Assembly (NCBI GenBank): GCA_029564765.1
Contig: JAKQPK010000050.1
Location: forward strand, 146,977-210,976
Direction: 5' to 3'
Length of the DNA stretch: 64,000 nucleotides
Source of the DNA: Candidatus Omnitrophota bacterium
GTDB lineage: Bacteria > Omnitrophota > Gorgyraeia > Zapsychrales > Aceulaceae
Positions 9,846-19,250 of the stretch are shown piece by piece (the first letter of the stretch is position 1; each line of letters starts with the position of its first letter). The position numbers and the translations under genes are program-made. The notes below the pieces were generated by a model. The model ran no database searches. It was not told the origin of the DNA and was given only the letters and a program-made list of their open reading frames with translations.

Positions 9846-10804
9846 TAGACGATCCCCGCTTTTAATAAATCCTGGACATCAAGCAAACCAACGGACCTCC
9901 CTTTTTCATCCACAACAGGAACCTCATCGATACGGCGCTGCTGCAGCAAACACATGGCTTCAGCGGCAAGATGATCCTGCGCGATCGTTGCTGGATCCTT
10001 GGTCATGACCATCTCAACCTTTTGCTGCAAGAAAAGGGATCCGTTCTTTAAATGACGACGTAAATCCCCATCTGTAAAGATCCCCACAAGCTTTCCCTTC
10101 GAGTCGATAACGCACGCAGAGCCGCAACGGGCTTTCGTGATCGCGAAAAGGACATCCTTAACGGATGAAGAAGGCTTGACCTTGGCATATTGAGAGCCTG
10201 TACGCATGATATCTGCTACGCGAAGCAAAAGATTCCTGCCTAAGGATCCGCCGGGGTGATAAAAAGCAAAATCTTCTCGCCTAAAATTCTTTTTATCGAT
10301 CAAACATGCCGCTAGCGCGTCTCCGATCACCAAGGTGGCCGTTGTCGACGCCATGGGCGCAAGGCCTAAAGGGCATCCTTCTTTTTTGACAGCGACATTC
10401 AAGACAATATCACAGTAGCGGCCTAAAGATGACCGGGGGTTGCCGGTGATCGCGATCGATTTGATGCCGATCTTCTTCAGCAACGGCAGCAAGCTTTTCG
10501 TTTCATCTGTTTCTCCACTGTGAGAGATCAGGATCATGACATCGATCTTTGTTACCTGTCCAAGGTCCCCATGCAGCGCTTCAGCGGAATGCAGCCAAAA
10601 AGACGGGGTTCCTGTCGACGATAGTGTGGCTGCGATCTTGCGTCCGATCAGGCCTGTTTTTCCCATGCCACAAACGATCACGCGCCCTTTACATTTCGCC
10701 AACATGTCAACCGCGTCAACGAACTCTGACCCTAATCTTTTTTTTAGCTGGCTAATAGCCTCAAGCTCAGCAGTGATAACACTTTTTGCTCTTTGCAATA
10801 CCAT
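9845..10804 (-). CDS. kdsD: Arabinose-5-phosphate isomerase KpsF/GutQ (SIS + CBS)
   Basis: GMGK, EALHGDLG, SGETDE, HPGGSLG, IFTDGDLRR. Confidence 0.95.
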   Translation of the reverse strand: MVLQRAKSVITAELEAISQLKKRLGSEFVDAVDMLAKCKGRVIVCGMGKTGLIGRKIAATLSSTGTPSFWLHSAEALHGDLGQVTKIDVMILISHSGETDETKSLLPLLKKIGIKSIAITGNPRSSLGRYCDIVLNVAVKKEGCPLGLAPMASTTATLVIGDALAACLIDKKNFRREDFAFYHPGGSLGRNLLLRVADIMRTGSQYAKVKPSSSVKDVLFAITKARCGSACVIDSKGKLVGIFTDGDLRRHLKNGSLFLQQKVEMVMTKDPATIAQDHLAAEAMCLLQQRRIDEVPVVDEKGRSVGLLDVQDLLKAGIV

Positions 10805-10812
10805 ATTTTCCC

Positions 10813-11643
10813 TTAATGAAAACGTTGTTTGACAACACGATCGATCTGCTTTAATCCTTGCAGCAATTCTCTAAGCTTAGATAAAGGTAATGAATTAGGC
10901 CCGTCCGACAAGGCTTGCTTAGGATGAGGATGGACCTCCAGAAAGAGAGCGGAAATTCCAGCCGCAACGGCGCAGCGCGAAAGCAAAGGTACGTACTCAC
11001 TGTTGCCGCCGGATTGATCCCCCTTGCCACCTGGCTGCTGAACACTATGGGTGGCATCATAAATGACAGGATAGCCTGTATTCTTCATGATCTCAATAGA
11101 ACGAAAATCACTCACAAGATTGTTGTAGCCAAAGGTCACGCCTCTTTCTGTCAAAAGGATCTTTTTGTTTCCTTGCGATTCGACCTTTTTAATGACTTGC
11201 CCGATATCCCAAGGAGCCAAAAACTGTCCTTTCTTAATATTAACGATCTTGCCCGTTTGAGCCGCAGCCACGATCAAGTCTGTTTGACGGCATAAAAAAG
11301 CAGGGATCTGAATAATGTCCAGCACATTCGCCGCCTCCGCGATCTCATCCACGCCGTGGACATCGCTAAGGACCGGGACACCAATACGTTCTTTAATGTC
11401 ACGTAAGACAGCAAGCCCCTTCAAAAGCCCTGGGCCGCGAAAGGAATTTAAGGATGTTCTATTAGCCTTATCGTAACTTGCCTTAAAAATAAAAGGTACG
11501 CCTGCTTCGCGCGCGATCGTTTTTAAAGCGCTCGCAAGGCGTAGCGCGAATGTTCGCCCTTCGATCACGCACGGCCCAGCGATCAACACAAAAGGATGCG
11601 ACCCACCCATCTTGATGTTCCCTATTGAAACGGTCGTACTCAT
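10813..11643 (-). CDS. kdsA: KDO 8-phosphate synthase
   Basis: IAGPCVIE, KASYDKANRT, PAFLCRQT, KKGQF, DATHSVQ. Confidence 0.97.
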   Translation of the reverse strand: MSTTVSIGNIKMGGSHPFVLIAGPCVIEGRTFALRLASALKTIAREAGVPFIFKASYDKANRTSLNSFRGPGLLKGLAVLRDIKERIGVPVLSDVHGVDEIAEAANVLDIIQIPAFLCRQTDLIVAAAQTGKIVNIKKGQFLAPWDIGQVIKKVESQGNKKILLTERGVTFGYNNLVSDFRSIEIMKNTGYPVIYDATHSVQQPGGKGDQSGGNSEYVPLLSRCAVAAGISALFLEVHPHPKQALSDGPNSLPLSKLRELLQGLKQIDRVVKQRFH

Positions 11644-12380
11644 TTCCTAACCTTTCGTAAGAACGCTTTGACCTTGTCCAGGTCTTCAGCCGTATCAACG
11701 CTCAATGTCTCTTTATCTGTCAGCGTTGTTTTGATCTTGTATCCCGCTTCCAGGACACGCAACTGCTCCAGCTTTTCGGTTTCTTCAAGGATCGAGCGAG
11801 GCAATTTCTTAAAGCTCATCAGAAAACTTTTTTGATACGCATAGATCCCTAAATGCTTATAGTATGTTAAAGTCGAGAATTTTGCCGCCTCTCGGTTAAA
11901 AGGGATCGTCGATCGTGAAAAATAAAGCGCGTATCCTTTTCTATCAATAACGACCTTAACGATATTAGGATTGTCAAGGTCTTCTTCTTTGACAATAGGC
12001 TTAATGACCGTCGCGACAGGCGCCTCTTTTTCCTTTCTCAAGGCCCCAATAAGCCCGTCGATAATACTGCCATCGATCAAAGGTTCATCACCCTGAATAT
12101 TGAGAACATGGGCAGCGTTAAGATCTTTGACCGCTTCGATAACGCGATCGGACCCAGACTGACACTCAGGACTTGTCATTACAACCTTTGCGCCAAATCC
12201 TTCACAGACAGCCTTAACACGTTCATCATCCGTCGCCACATAAAGATCATCAAGGTACTTCGAACGGTTTGCCCCCTCCCACACATGCTGGATCAAAGGC
12301 TTTCCAAGAATATCCGCTAAAACCTTCGCCTTAAGCCGTGTCGATCCGTATCGAGCAGGAATAACACCAATAGCTTTCAT
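11640..12380 (-). CDS. kdsB: 3-deoxy-manno-octulosonate cytidylyltransferase
   Basis: IPARYGSTRL, NIQGDEP, ALYFSR, EKLEQLR. Confidence 0.97.
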   Translation of the reverse strand: MKAIGVIPARYGSTRLKAKVLADILGKPLIQHVWEGANRSKYLDDLYVATDDERVKAVCEGFGAKVVMTSPECQSGSDRVIEAVKDLNAAHVLNIQGDEPLIDGSIIDGLIGALRKEKEAPVATVIKPIVKEEDLDNPNIVKVVIDRKGYALYFSRSTIPFNREAAKFSTLTYYKHLGIYAYQKSFLMSFKKLPRSILEETEKLEQLRVLEAGYKIKTTLTDKETLSVDTAEDLDKVKAFLRKVRK

Positions 12381-12384
12381 AATA

Positions 12385-13413
12385 TTAACTCTCTGTCATA
12401 GCAGCTAAAATTTCATTAGGAGTTACCGCAACAGCCCCGGTTTTTCCAACCACAACGCCTGCGGCATAGTTTGCAAGGATCGCAGCCTCCTGCTTAGAAG
12501 CCCCTGCTGCTAAGCTCAGAGTAAAAACAGAAATAACCGTATCCCCTGCGCCCGTGACATCAAAAACTTCTTTAGCTTTTGTGGCTATTAGAAAAGGCTC
12601 TTGGCCTTTCTGAAAAAGACACATCCCTTGTTCACCCAAGGTCACAAGCAACGACTCCAAATTCAAATAATTCAATATTTCTTGTCCAGCCAAACGAACA
12701 TCTTTGATGGTCTTTAGTTTGTCGTTCTTGATCTTGAGCTGACGCCCTTTTTCATGCGTGATGATAATATTGCGGATCGCGTTTTCAGTTTCTTTTCGGT
12801 TTGGCGTTATGCACGTGGCCTGATGATAGTAATTAAAATGCTCCACCTTAGGATCAACAGTAACGATCTTGCGATAACGGCGCTTTAGCGCGCAAACTCG
12901 ACGGACAAGATCCTTTGTGATGACACCTTTACCGTAATCCGACAAAATGATAGCGTCAAACTTATTGAAATTCTTCTCAATAAACGCGATTATCTTTTGA
13001 CTCGCTTCAAGGCTCACGCCAGATCCATTTTCTCGGTCAACACGGACCACTTGCTGATGCTGGGCGATAATACGGGTCTTTAAAGACGTTACGCCGTTAA
13101 GATCCTTGACCAAACCCGCAGTTCCAATACAGCGCTTTTTAAACTCTCGATACAGGATCCTCGCCTCTAGGTCGTCTCCTACTTGACCAGAGAGAACAAC
13201 ACGCGCGCCTAAACTGCTCAAATTGTTGGCCACATTGGCGGCGCCGCCTGGGGTAAAGCGCGCCTCTCCCTCCTGCAGCACAACAGGCACAGGCGCTTCC
13301 GGAGAGATCCTTTCAACGGCGCCATGGATATATTGATCCAAAATAATGTCGCCGATGACCAAGATCTTCTTTCCGCGGAAGCAAGAAATGATATGTGTTG
13401 GAAAATTGATCAT
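12385..13413 (-). CDS. rfaE1: D-glycero-beta-D-manno-heptose-7-phosphate kinase (stand-alone HldA/RfaE1)
   Basis: RISPEAPVPV, GGAANVA, SDYGKG, TPN, DVTGAGDT. Confidence 0.93.
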   Translation of the reverse strand: MINFPTHIISCFRGKKILVIGDIILDQYIHGAVERISPEAPVPVVLQEGEARFTPGGAANVANNLSSLGARVVLSGQVGDDLEARILYREFKKRCIGTAGLVKDLNGVTSLKTRIIAQHQQVVRVDRENGSGVSLEASQKIIAFIEKNFNKFDAIILSDYGKGVITKDLVRRVCALKRRYRKIVTVDPKVEHFNYYHQATCITPNRKETENAIRNIIITHEKGRQLKIKNDKLKTIKDVRLAGQEILNYLNLESLLVTLGEQGMCLFQKGQEPFLIATKAKEVFDVTGAGDTVISVFTLSLAAGASKQEAAILANYAAGVVVGKTGAVAVTPNEILAAMTES

Positions 13414-13480
13414 AATTATTATAAGTATTAATAAGGCAAGGAGGACAAATTTGCTCTCTTACGACTCAACTAAAGAGCCG

Positions 13481-13509
13481 ATTTTAGCATAGTTTAAAAA
13501 GAGCGTCAA
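13481..13509 (-). promoter_or_regulatory. Putative sigma70 promoter for the rfaE1-kds-lpt operon
   Basis: TTGACG-17 bp-TAAAAT with extended -10 TG. Confidence 0.65.
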
Positions 13510-13567
13510 ACTAATAAATTTCCTTAAAAACCATTACAAATAAGAAAAAATCCTTATTTTATCACTC

Positions 13568-14740
13568 TCAAGGATCAGGAATGGCCAGCTCCATTTCATA
13601 ACTCGCCCGCTGTTCCACTGATCCCGCAGAAAATTGGGACATTGAAGAAGCCTCGACAGAGCTTCCCCGATACAGCGATCCTGGCCCCTGGGAAATATTT
13701 TCTTCATAGCTCTCACGAATATGGATCTGATATGGAAAATCAAAAAACTTCTCCTTGGCGCCAATCCCAAACGTTGCATCAACAGCTATCCATCCTTCTT
13801 TCGGAAGGTAAATTTCTGCCCAGGCGTGGCCGGAATCTGCGATATACCTGCGAGGATCGTCTTGTGGCTGGAAGACGATCCCTAAAACTTGCCGCGTTGG
13901 AATATCGCTAAGGCGTGCGAGCGTGATAAAAAGTCTTGAGAGATCAACACAGTTTCCAGTCTTATTGAACAATGTCATGTGCACCGACTGACTTCCCGAA
14001 AGCCCCTTGGTATTTTGATAGATGAAATTATCAGCGATGTAATCATAGATAGCCCTTGCTTTATCCTTCAGCAGGGTCTTCTCCTTCGTAGCCGCCTGAA
14101 CCACATCGTTTAAGTCTTTACGATCTCTGAGTGATTTTTCAACGGAAAGGTAGAGTTTTAGCTGGGATTCTGGCAAGGCAAGGGCGGATGAACCCGATAA
14201 CAAATCCTTTTTTTCTTTTTCTGGATCAATGGTCACATTGTACGAGATCACGATCTTTCGTTCTTCGCCCGGTTTAACATTGCTAAAATGAAAGATAGAA
14301 ACTTTATTCCCATCCGGACGATCGATCAGAGCACTTGCTGTCGGCTCAGCGATGATATTGACCATTGTCTGCCCCGGAATGTCTATCCGAGACAATGGAA
14401 AAATAAATTGTAAGGTCACGAGTTCAATCTGAGATCGAAAAAGAAAAGTTTTTCGGACATTGTATGAGATCTTTTGAGCGGCTTGCGGTAGCGAGACCTG
14501 CGTTATTTCCGCCCTCTGAAACCGTTCGATTTCATCTATGTAGAAAGTTGTGGTAAGCCCATCGCGCTCAAGAACAATAAATTTCTCCGTAATATCTGCG
14601 ATCGTTCCAATGTACTCTTTGCCAGACTTCAAAATAACTGTATCAGCAAAAACGTTAAAAACAGAAAGATTTACTAACGCGGCATGGATAAAAAGGATGG
14701 AGAAAATGACCCGAAGATGAGCAGGGATAGGTCGCGCCAT
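13568..14740 (-). CDS. Exported transglutaminase-like (Cys-His-Asp) domain protein
   Basis: Signal peptide ending VFA-D; N-terminal DTVILKSG...G module; KARAIYDYI, GNCVDLS, GHAWAE, VDATFG. Confidence 0.8.
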   Translation of the reverse strand: MARPIPAHLRVIFSILFIHAALVNLSVFNVFADTVILKSGKEYIGTIADITEKFIVLERDGLTTTFYIDEIERFQRAEITQVSLPQAAQKISYNVRKTFLFRSQIELVTLQFIFPLSRIDIPGQTMVNIIAEPTASALIDRPDGNKVSIFHFSNVKPGEERKIVISYNVTIDPEKEKKDLLSGSSALALPESQLKLYLSVEKSLRDRKDLNDVVQAATKEKTLLKDKARAIYDYIADNFIYQNTKGLSGSQSVHMTLFNKTGNCVDLSRLFITLARLSDIPTRQVLGIVFQPQDDPRRYIADSGHAWAEIYLPKEGWIAVDATFGIGAKEKFFDFPYQIHIRESYEENISQGPGSLYRGSSVEASSMSQFSAGSVEQRASYEMELAIPDP

Positions 14741-14756
14741 AGAGTAAGGGCTTCGT

Positions 14757-15113
14757 CTAGCGATAGCTGTCGAATTTCTTCATGGAGTTCATATAATTAA
14801 GCAAACGACGGATATCTTGATCGGGAAGATCAACGAACTTGATACCGACCTCGTAGCGCCTATTCTTCACAACTTCATTGACCCATCTCACGACCCCTTT
14901 CGCGACAAAAGAAAAGCCAATCTTTTCTAGTGTAAGCGTCAGATCAATAGTGATTCCGGGTTCAAGTTTTTCTTCTGAGATAAAGCAGATCCCTGCCTGG
15001 CTAATATCCTTGATCTCACTTTTTGTCTTTTTGCCTGACGAAATAGGCGTATAGACAACATCGGAACAATCTGGGACACGAACAAACTCACGCTGATCAA
15101 ATCTCTCTGCCAT
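14757..15113 (-). CDS. Stand-alone PilZ-domain protein
   Basis: RxxxR (REFVR), DxSxxG (DISQAG), GVVRW, GIKF. Confidence 0.88.
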   Translation of the reverse strand: MAERFDQREFVRVPDCSDVVYTPISSGKKTKSEIKDISQAGICFISEEKLEPGITIDLTLTLEKIGFSFVAKGVVRWVNEVVKNRRYEVGIKFVDLPDQDIRRLLNYMNSMKKFDSYR

Positions 15114-15129
15114 GGATTACCTCGTATGT

Positions 15130-16218
15130 TCAGGGGTTAACATTATTATCATCCTTTTTATCCTTTTTAGACATTTTTTTCTGTAAAATCGTTCGCGCGG
15201 CCTCTACCACATGATCCACCGTGATCGATCGCAAGCACTGAAAATGACGATCACAGTTATGGGCTAAGCAAACCTTGCATCCGATATCATGATGCAAAGC
15301 AATATCTAACTCGCCTAAGGGTTTCCAGCGAGTAGCCGATAAGCCTGCTTGATTGCGGCCAAAGATTGAAACCACAGGTGTCTGAACACCCACAGCCAAA
15401 TGAACAGGCCCAGAATCATTAGAGATCAGCAAGGCACATCTCCTTAAAAGGCTAATCAGATGACTTATGGTTGTTCGGCCTGTCATGTCTACAACAGTTT
15501 GCTTCATAGATAGCAAAACCTCCCGAGCGACAAGCTGATTATCGCCAGAGCCTATCACAACGATCTTTGACTGATATTCTTTCGCAAGAATGTCGGCAAC
15601 TTCCGCGAAACGCTGTGGAGGCCAACGTTTCGAGAGGCAACTAGCCCCAGGATGGATCGCGATAAGTCGGTCATCAGGATCAATATGATTTTCTGTAAAA
15701 AGTTTTTCAACCCACGCTTCAGAGGCGCGGTGGATCGGAATATGGACCTGGAATCCTTGAGGGTCAACACCGATATTTCTTAATAGGTCCAAGCAATATT
15801 CCGCTTCATGCTTAGTCCCATCCGTTCGAGGATCTGGATAGCTCTCCGTCAGCAAAAAACCGAACTTGTCGTTCGCAAAACCGATCCGGTTCGGGATCCC
15901 CGCGTGGAACAGCATAAAATTAGTTCTGTTCTTCAAATGATAATTGATCGCAAGGTCAAATTTTTTACTCTTTAAAAAACGAATGAACCGCCAAAAACCA
16001 AGAAATCCCTTATCTTTGCCTCTCTTGTCATAGGCGATCACTTCATCTATAAAAGGATTACCTTCTACCACATCTTTTGTTGCGGATGTCACCATGACGG
16101 AGATCCTGGCCAAAGGATATGCCTTACGCAAAGACTCTAGGACGGGTGTTGTCAACACAACATCACCGATCCGGTCAGTCCTGACAACAAGAATATTCTT
16201 AAAATATCGTTGCTTCAT
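15130..16218 (-). CDS. GT9 LPS heptosyltransferase (WaaF/RfaQ-like)
   Basis: RTDRIGDVVL, HPGAS, KRWP, SNDSGPVH, C-terminal 4-Cys motif. Confidence 0.9.
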   Translation of the reverse strand: MKQRYFKNILVVRTDRIGDVVLTTPVLESLRKAYPLARISVMVTSATKDVVEGNPFIDEVIAYDKRGKDKGFLGFWRFIRFLKSKKFDLAINYHLKNRTNFMLFHAGIPNRIGFANDKFGFLLTESYPDPRTDGTKHEAEYCLDLLRNIGVDPQGFQVHIPIHRASEAWVEKLFTENHIDPDDRLIAIHPGASCLSKRWPPQRFAEVADILAKEYQSKIVVIGSGDNQLVAREVLLSMKQTVVDMTGRTTISHLISLLRRCALLISNDSGPVHLAVGVQTPVVSIFGRNQAGLSATRWKPLGELDIALHHDIGCKVCLAHNCDRHFQCLRSITVDHVVEAARTILQKKMSKKDKKDDNNVNP

Positions 16219-17162
16219 AAAGCGATCAGCTCTTTCATGCGCATCAAAACCTCTTGAGGGTCAATAGTGGTCATAAGACCTTCACCGGCTTCATTGATCG
16301 TCTTTGCTCGAACAAAACAACTACGTTCACCCCAAGGACCATACTTGCGCGGGTCCGTGGGCCCAAACAGAGCAACAGTTGGAACATCAAAATAGCTGGC
16401 AAGATGCATGGCCGCGCTATCATTACAAAGCAAAAGACGGCTATTGCGCAAAACCCATGTTGTTTCCAGCAAGGAAAGCTTGCCACAAAGGTTAACAGCT
16501 CCTTGCGAGACCCTCCTGATAATGTTCTCTGCTCCTTCGTAATCAAGTATGTCTCCAACAAAGAATACAGGCATGCGATATACTTGGACCAACGCTTGAC
16601 AGATAAAAATAAAACCATCTGCGGTCCATCGCTTTTTTCGGTCTGCAGAGCCAGCGGCGATCACGCAATATCCTTTACCATACTCCAAGGCCTGACGTAA
16701 AATATTCTCAGATTTCTTTCTTATCGTTTCATCAATAAAGATCGCATAACGTTTTTTTGTGCGCTCCACATCAGAAAAAAGACTTTGCAGCCTCTGCCAA
16801 TGTTGATCACGCTTGTGCAGATACGGATCGATATGTGTAAAAACAGAAGTATGAAATGGCACTCCTAGAAAATACCCTAACGCTGTGTTGCGCAGATCAA
16901 TGACCGCGTCAAAGCGTTGCTGTCTCAGCTGCCGGACCAAGAAAACAAGCTCACCGAAGGTTTCCTTTTTTGTAAAAACATGCACCTTCTTGATATAAGG
17001 ATTGCGCTCGAACAACGTCTGGGCTTTTGGCCCAACGACGATCGAAATTTCTGCTAAGGGAAAACGATTGATGAGCGCATCGATCACCGGACACGTTAAG
17101 ACCACGTCCCCGATATTCGTAAGGCTTACAACAAGGATCTTTTTAATTTCGCACTTGTTCAA
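16215..17162 (-). CDS. GT9 glycosyltransferase
   Basis: LTNIGDVVL, KRW, CNDSAAMH, LFGPT. Start uncertain (TTG at 17162, or 17186). Confidence 0.85.
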   Translation of the reverse strand: MNKCEIKKILVVSLTNIGDVVLTCPVIDALINRFPLAEISIVVGPKAQTLFERNPYIKKVHVFTKKETFGELVFLVRQLRQQRFDAVIDLRNTALGYFLGVPFHTSVFTHIDPYLHKRDQHWQRLQSLFSDVERTKKRYAIFIDETIRKKSENILRQALEYGKGYCVIAAGSADRKKRWTADGFIFICQALVQVYRMPVFFVGDILDYEGAENIIRRVSQGAVNLCGKLSLLETTWVLRNSRLLLCNDSAAMHLASYFDVPTVALFGPTDPRKYGPWGERSCFVRAKTINEAGEGLMTTIDPQEVLMRMKELIAL

Positions 17163-18159
17163 TTTTTTCCACCACGTCTTTAACACTAATAGCTTTCATA
17201 CAAATATTATCCTGGCATTGCTCATGATAACAAGGCTTGATATTGCAACCCACGTGAAAACGAAGAATAGAGGTTCTCCCTCCACCGCGTGGACCCGTGA
17301 CATCCGGATGAGTAGGGCCAAAAAGCCCAACGACGGGAGTTGCGACGCTGGTTGCGACATGTAGCGGCCCCGAATCAGCAGACACAGCGACATGGACACT
17401 TTTCATAAGGCCTACAAGCTGTGAAAAATTTGTATGTCCGACCATGATGATCGGCTTGCGCACTGTTTCCTTGAGAATACGCTCTTTTAATACTTGTTCG
17501 CTTACCCCGCCGCAAATCACCACCTTTGTATTCTCTCTTTCTGTCAACGCATCAGAAAGTTTCGCAAAATTCTCTATCGGCCAGCGCTTTAAAGACCAAT
17601 TGCCGCCAACATGCATCAAAACCACAAAATCATGCTCCTTGACCCCCAAAGCTGCCAACTGTTCTTGAGCGGCGGTAACATCTTCGGACGAAACTCGCAA
17701 ATTAGTTGTGCGCGGAACCGTCGACAGATCGCAAAAGGACTCAACAACCTTTAGATAATGATCACTTCGATGCACCATGCCTTGCGGTACATCCATGCGA
17801 TGCGTTAAGAGCCATCCGCGCCTTTTTATGTTATAGCCAGCACGAACGGGAATGCCAGCCAAGAAAACCAATAACGCCCTTGTCCAAGAGCCGTGCAGCA
17901 AAAATACGCCATCGAACTTTTGCGCTCTGATCTCACGCACAAGCCTGATCTTGCCTAGCAAGAAACGATCCTTCCCTTTTTCGTCATAGATCATGACATC
18001 GTCAACACAAGGGATGTGCTGCGCGACTTCCGCAACCCGCGGCACAGTCAAACAACAAATACGCGCGCTAGGATACTGCTTGCGAAGAGCAGCAAAAACA
18101 GGAGAAGAAAAAATAACATCTCCTAACCAATTTACGTTCACGACTAGGATTCGTTTCAT
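17143..18159 (-). CDS. waaF: GT9 LPS heptosyltransferase II-like
   Basis: NWLGDVIF, KRWP, ADSGPLH, LFGPT, C-terminal 4-Cys motif. Confidence 0.8.
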   Translation of the reverse strand: MKRILVVNVNWLGDVIFSSPVFAALRKQYPSARICCLTVPRVAEVAQHIPCVDDVMIYDEKGKDRFLLGKIRLVREIRAQKFDGVFLLHGSWTRALLVFLAGIPVRAGYNIKRRGWLLTHRMDVPQGMVHRSDHYLKVVESFCDLSTVPRTTNLRVSSEDVTAAQEQLAALGVKEHDFVVLMHVGGNWSLKRWPIENFAKLSDALTERENTKVVICGGVSEQVLKERILKETVRKPIIMVGHTNFSQLVGLMKSVHVAVSADSGPLHVATSVATPVVGLFGPTHPDVTGPRGGGRTSILRFHVGCNIKPCYHEQCQDNICMKAISVKDVVEKIEQVRN

Positions 18160-19250
18160 AGTTTACGTGCCTGAGCGTATGCCTGCAAAGTCCCATGGAC
18201 CATTGGGTCCAGAGAAAAATTCTTGATCGCAAAAGCTTGGGCAGCGCACGCGATCTTTTTTCGCTTGTCAGGATCCTTTAAAAGATCAACGATCGCGCCT
18301 GCAAGCTGTGCCGGATTTTCTTTGTCGACTAAAACCCCTGTCTTTCCGCTTTCAATAAGGCTTGGGATCCCGCCAACGTTGGAGGCAACAACGGCAAGCC
18401 CTTGCGCTTGAGCCTCCATCACGGACAAGCCTAATCCTTCCTGCCGCGAAGGCATGACAAAAACATCGAACAAAGGCAAGAGATTATCATCGCCGTTAAT
18501 GGACGAAAAAAAATGAACGCGTCCTTCCAGAAACAATTCGCGAACAAGTTTTTTTAAGAAAGGCTCTGTTTTTCCTTGCCCGACAATAACAAGATCCGCG
18601 TCGGGGATTTGCTTAATGATCCGCGGCATGGCGCGGATAAGCACATCATGACCTTTGACATCCGACAGTCTCGCCACAATACCAATGATCATTTTTGATC
18701 TTAATCCCAAAACGTTTTTTCTTTCTTCTCTCTCTTGAGGCGTCCATTCTTTTGTGGATACATCAAGACCATGTGGCACCAGAAAGACACTATTCGGATC
18801 GCAAGAAAAATCATTGATCAAATGCTCTTTGACTTGCTGGCTGATAGCAATGGTCGCGTTCCCCCAGCAGGGAAAAATTCGACGAAAGAATCGAGGCTTA
18901 AAAAACCCATGGCACGTTGCTACATACGGGACCCGAGTAAAAAATGAAACAATTGCCGCCACAACCTGTGTTACACGTGTTTGAGCATGGATCACATCAC
19001 ACCGCCCCTGCCTCACAAGCTTAACAAGTGCTGGTATATGCGTAAAAACTTTATAGCTGACCTCTGATTTTGTGCGTATGTCTAAGCGTGTGTGAATGGC
19101 GCCGATCTTCTCAAGCTCCTGCTCTCTATCGCCGCCGCTTGTCACGACATGGACGCTGTGACCTTTCTGCGCAAGTCCTTTCGTGAGCGTCAAAATGTAG
19201 CTAGTAATACCGCCGGTATTGCAATGTGTTGCCAGGATCAATATCTTCAT
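18156..19250 (-). CDS. GT4 glycosyltransferase
   Basis: MKILILATH..GG start overlaps the upstream stop; EGLGLSVMEAQ (EX7E motif). Confidence 0.9.
   Translation of the reverse strand: MKILILATHCNTGGITSYILTLTKGLAQKGHSVHVVTSGGDREQELEKIGAIHTRLDIRTKSEVSYKVFTHIPALVKLVRQGRCDVIHAQTRVTQVVAAIVSFFTRVPYVATCHGFFKPRFFRRIFPCWGNATIAISQQVKEHLINDFSCDPNSVFLVPHGLDVSTKEWTPQEREERKNVLGLRSKMIIGIVARLSDVKGHDVLIRAMPRIIKQIPDADLVIVGQGKTEPFLKKLVRELFLEGRVHFFSSINGDDNLLPLFDVFVMPSRQEGLGLSVMEAQAQGLAVVASNVGGIPSLIESGKTGVLVDKENPAQLAGAIVDLLKDPDKRKKIACAAQAFAIKNFSLDPMVHGTLQAYAQARKL

Noticed and set aside
10813-13413. Missing pyrG between kdsB and kdsA, and missing rfaE2 next to rfaE1
   Set aside because: Ordinary gene-order variation; kdsB and kdsA overlap cleanly and the genes may lie outside the window
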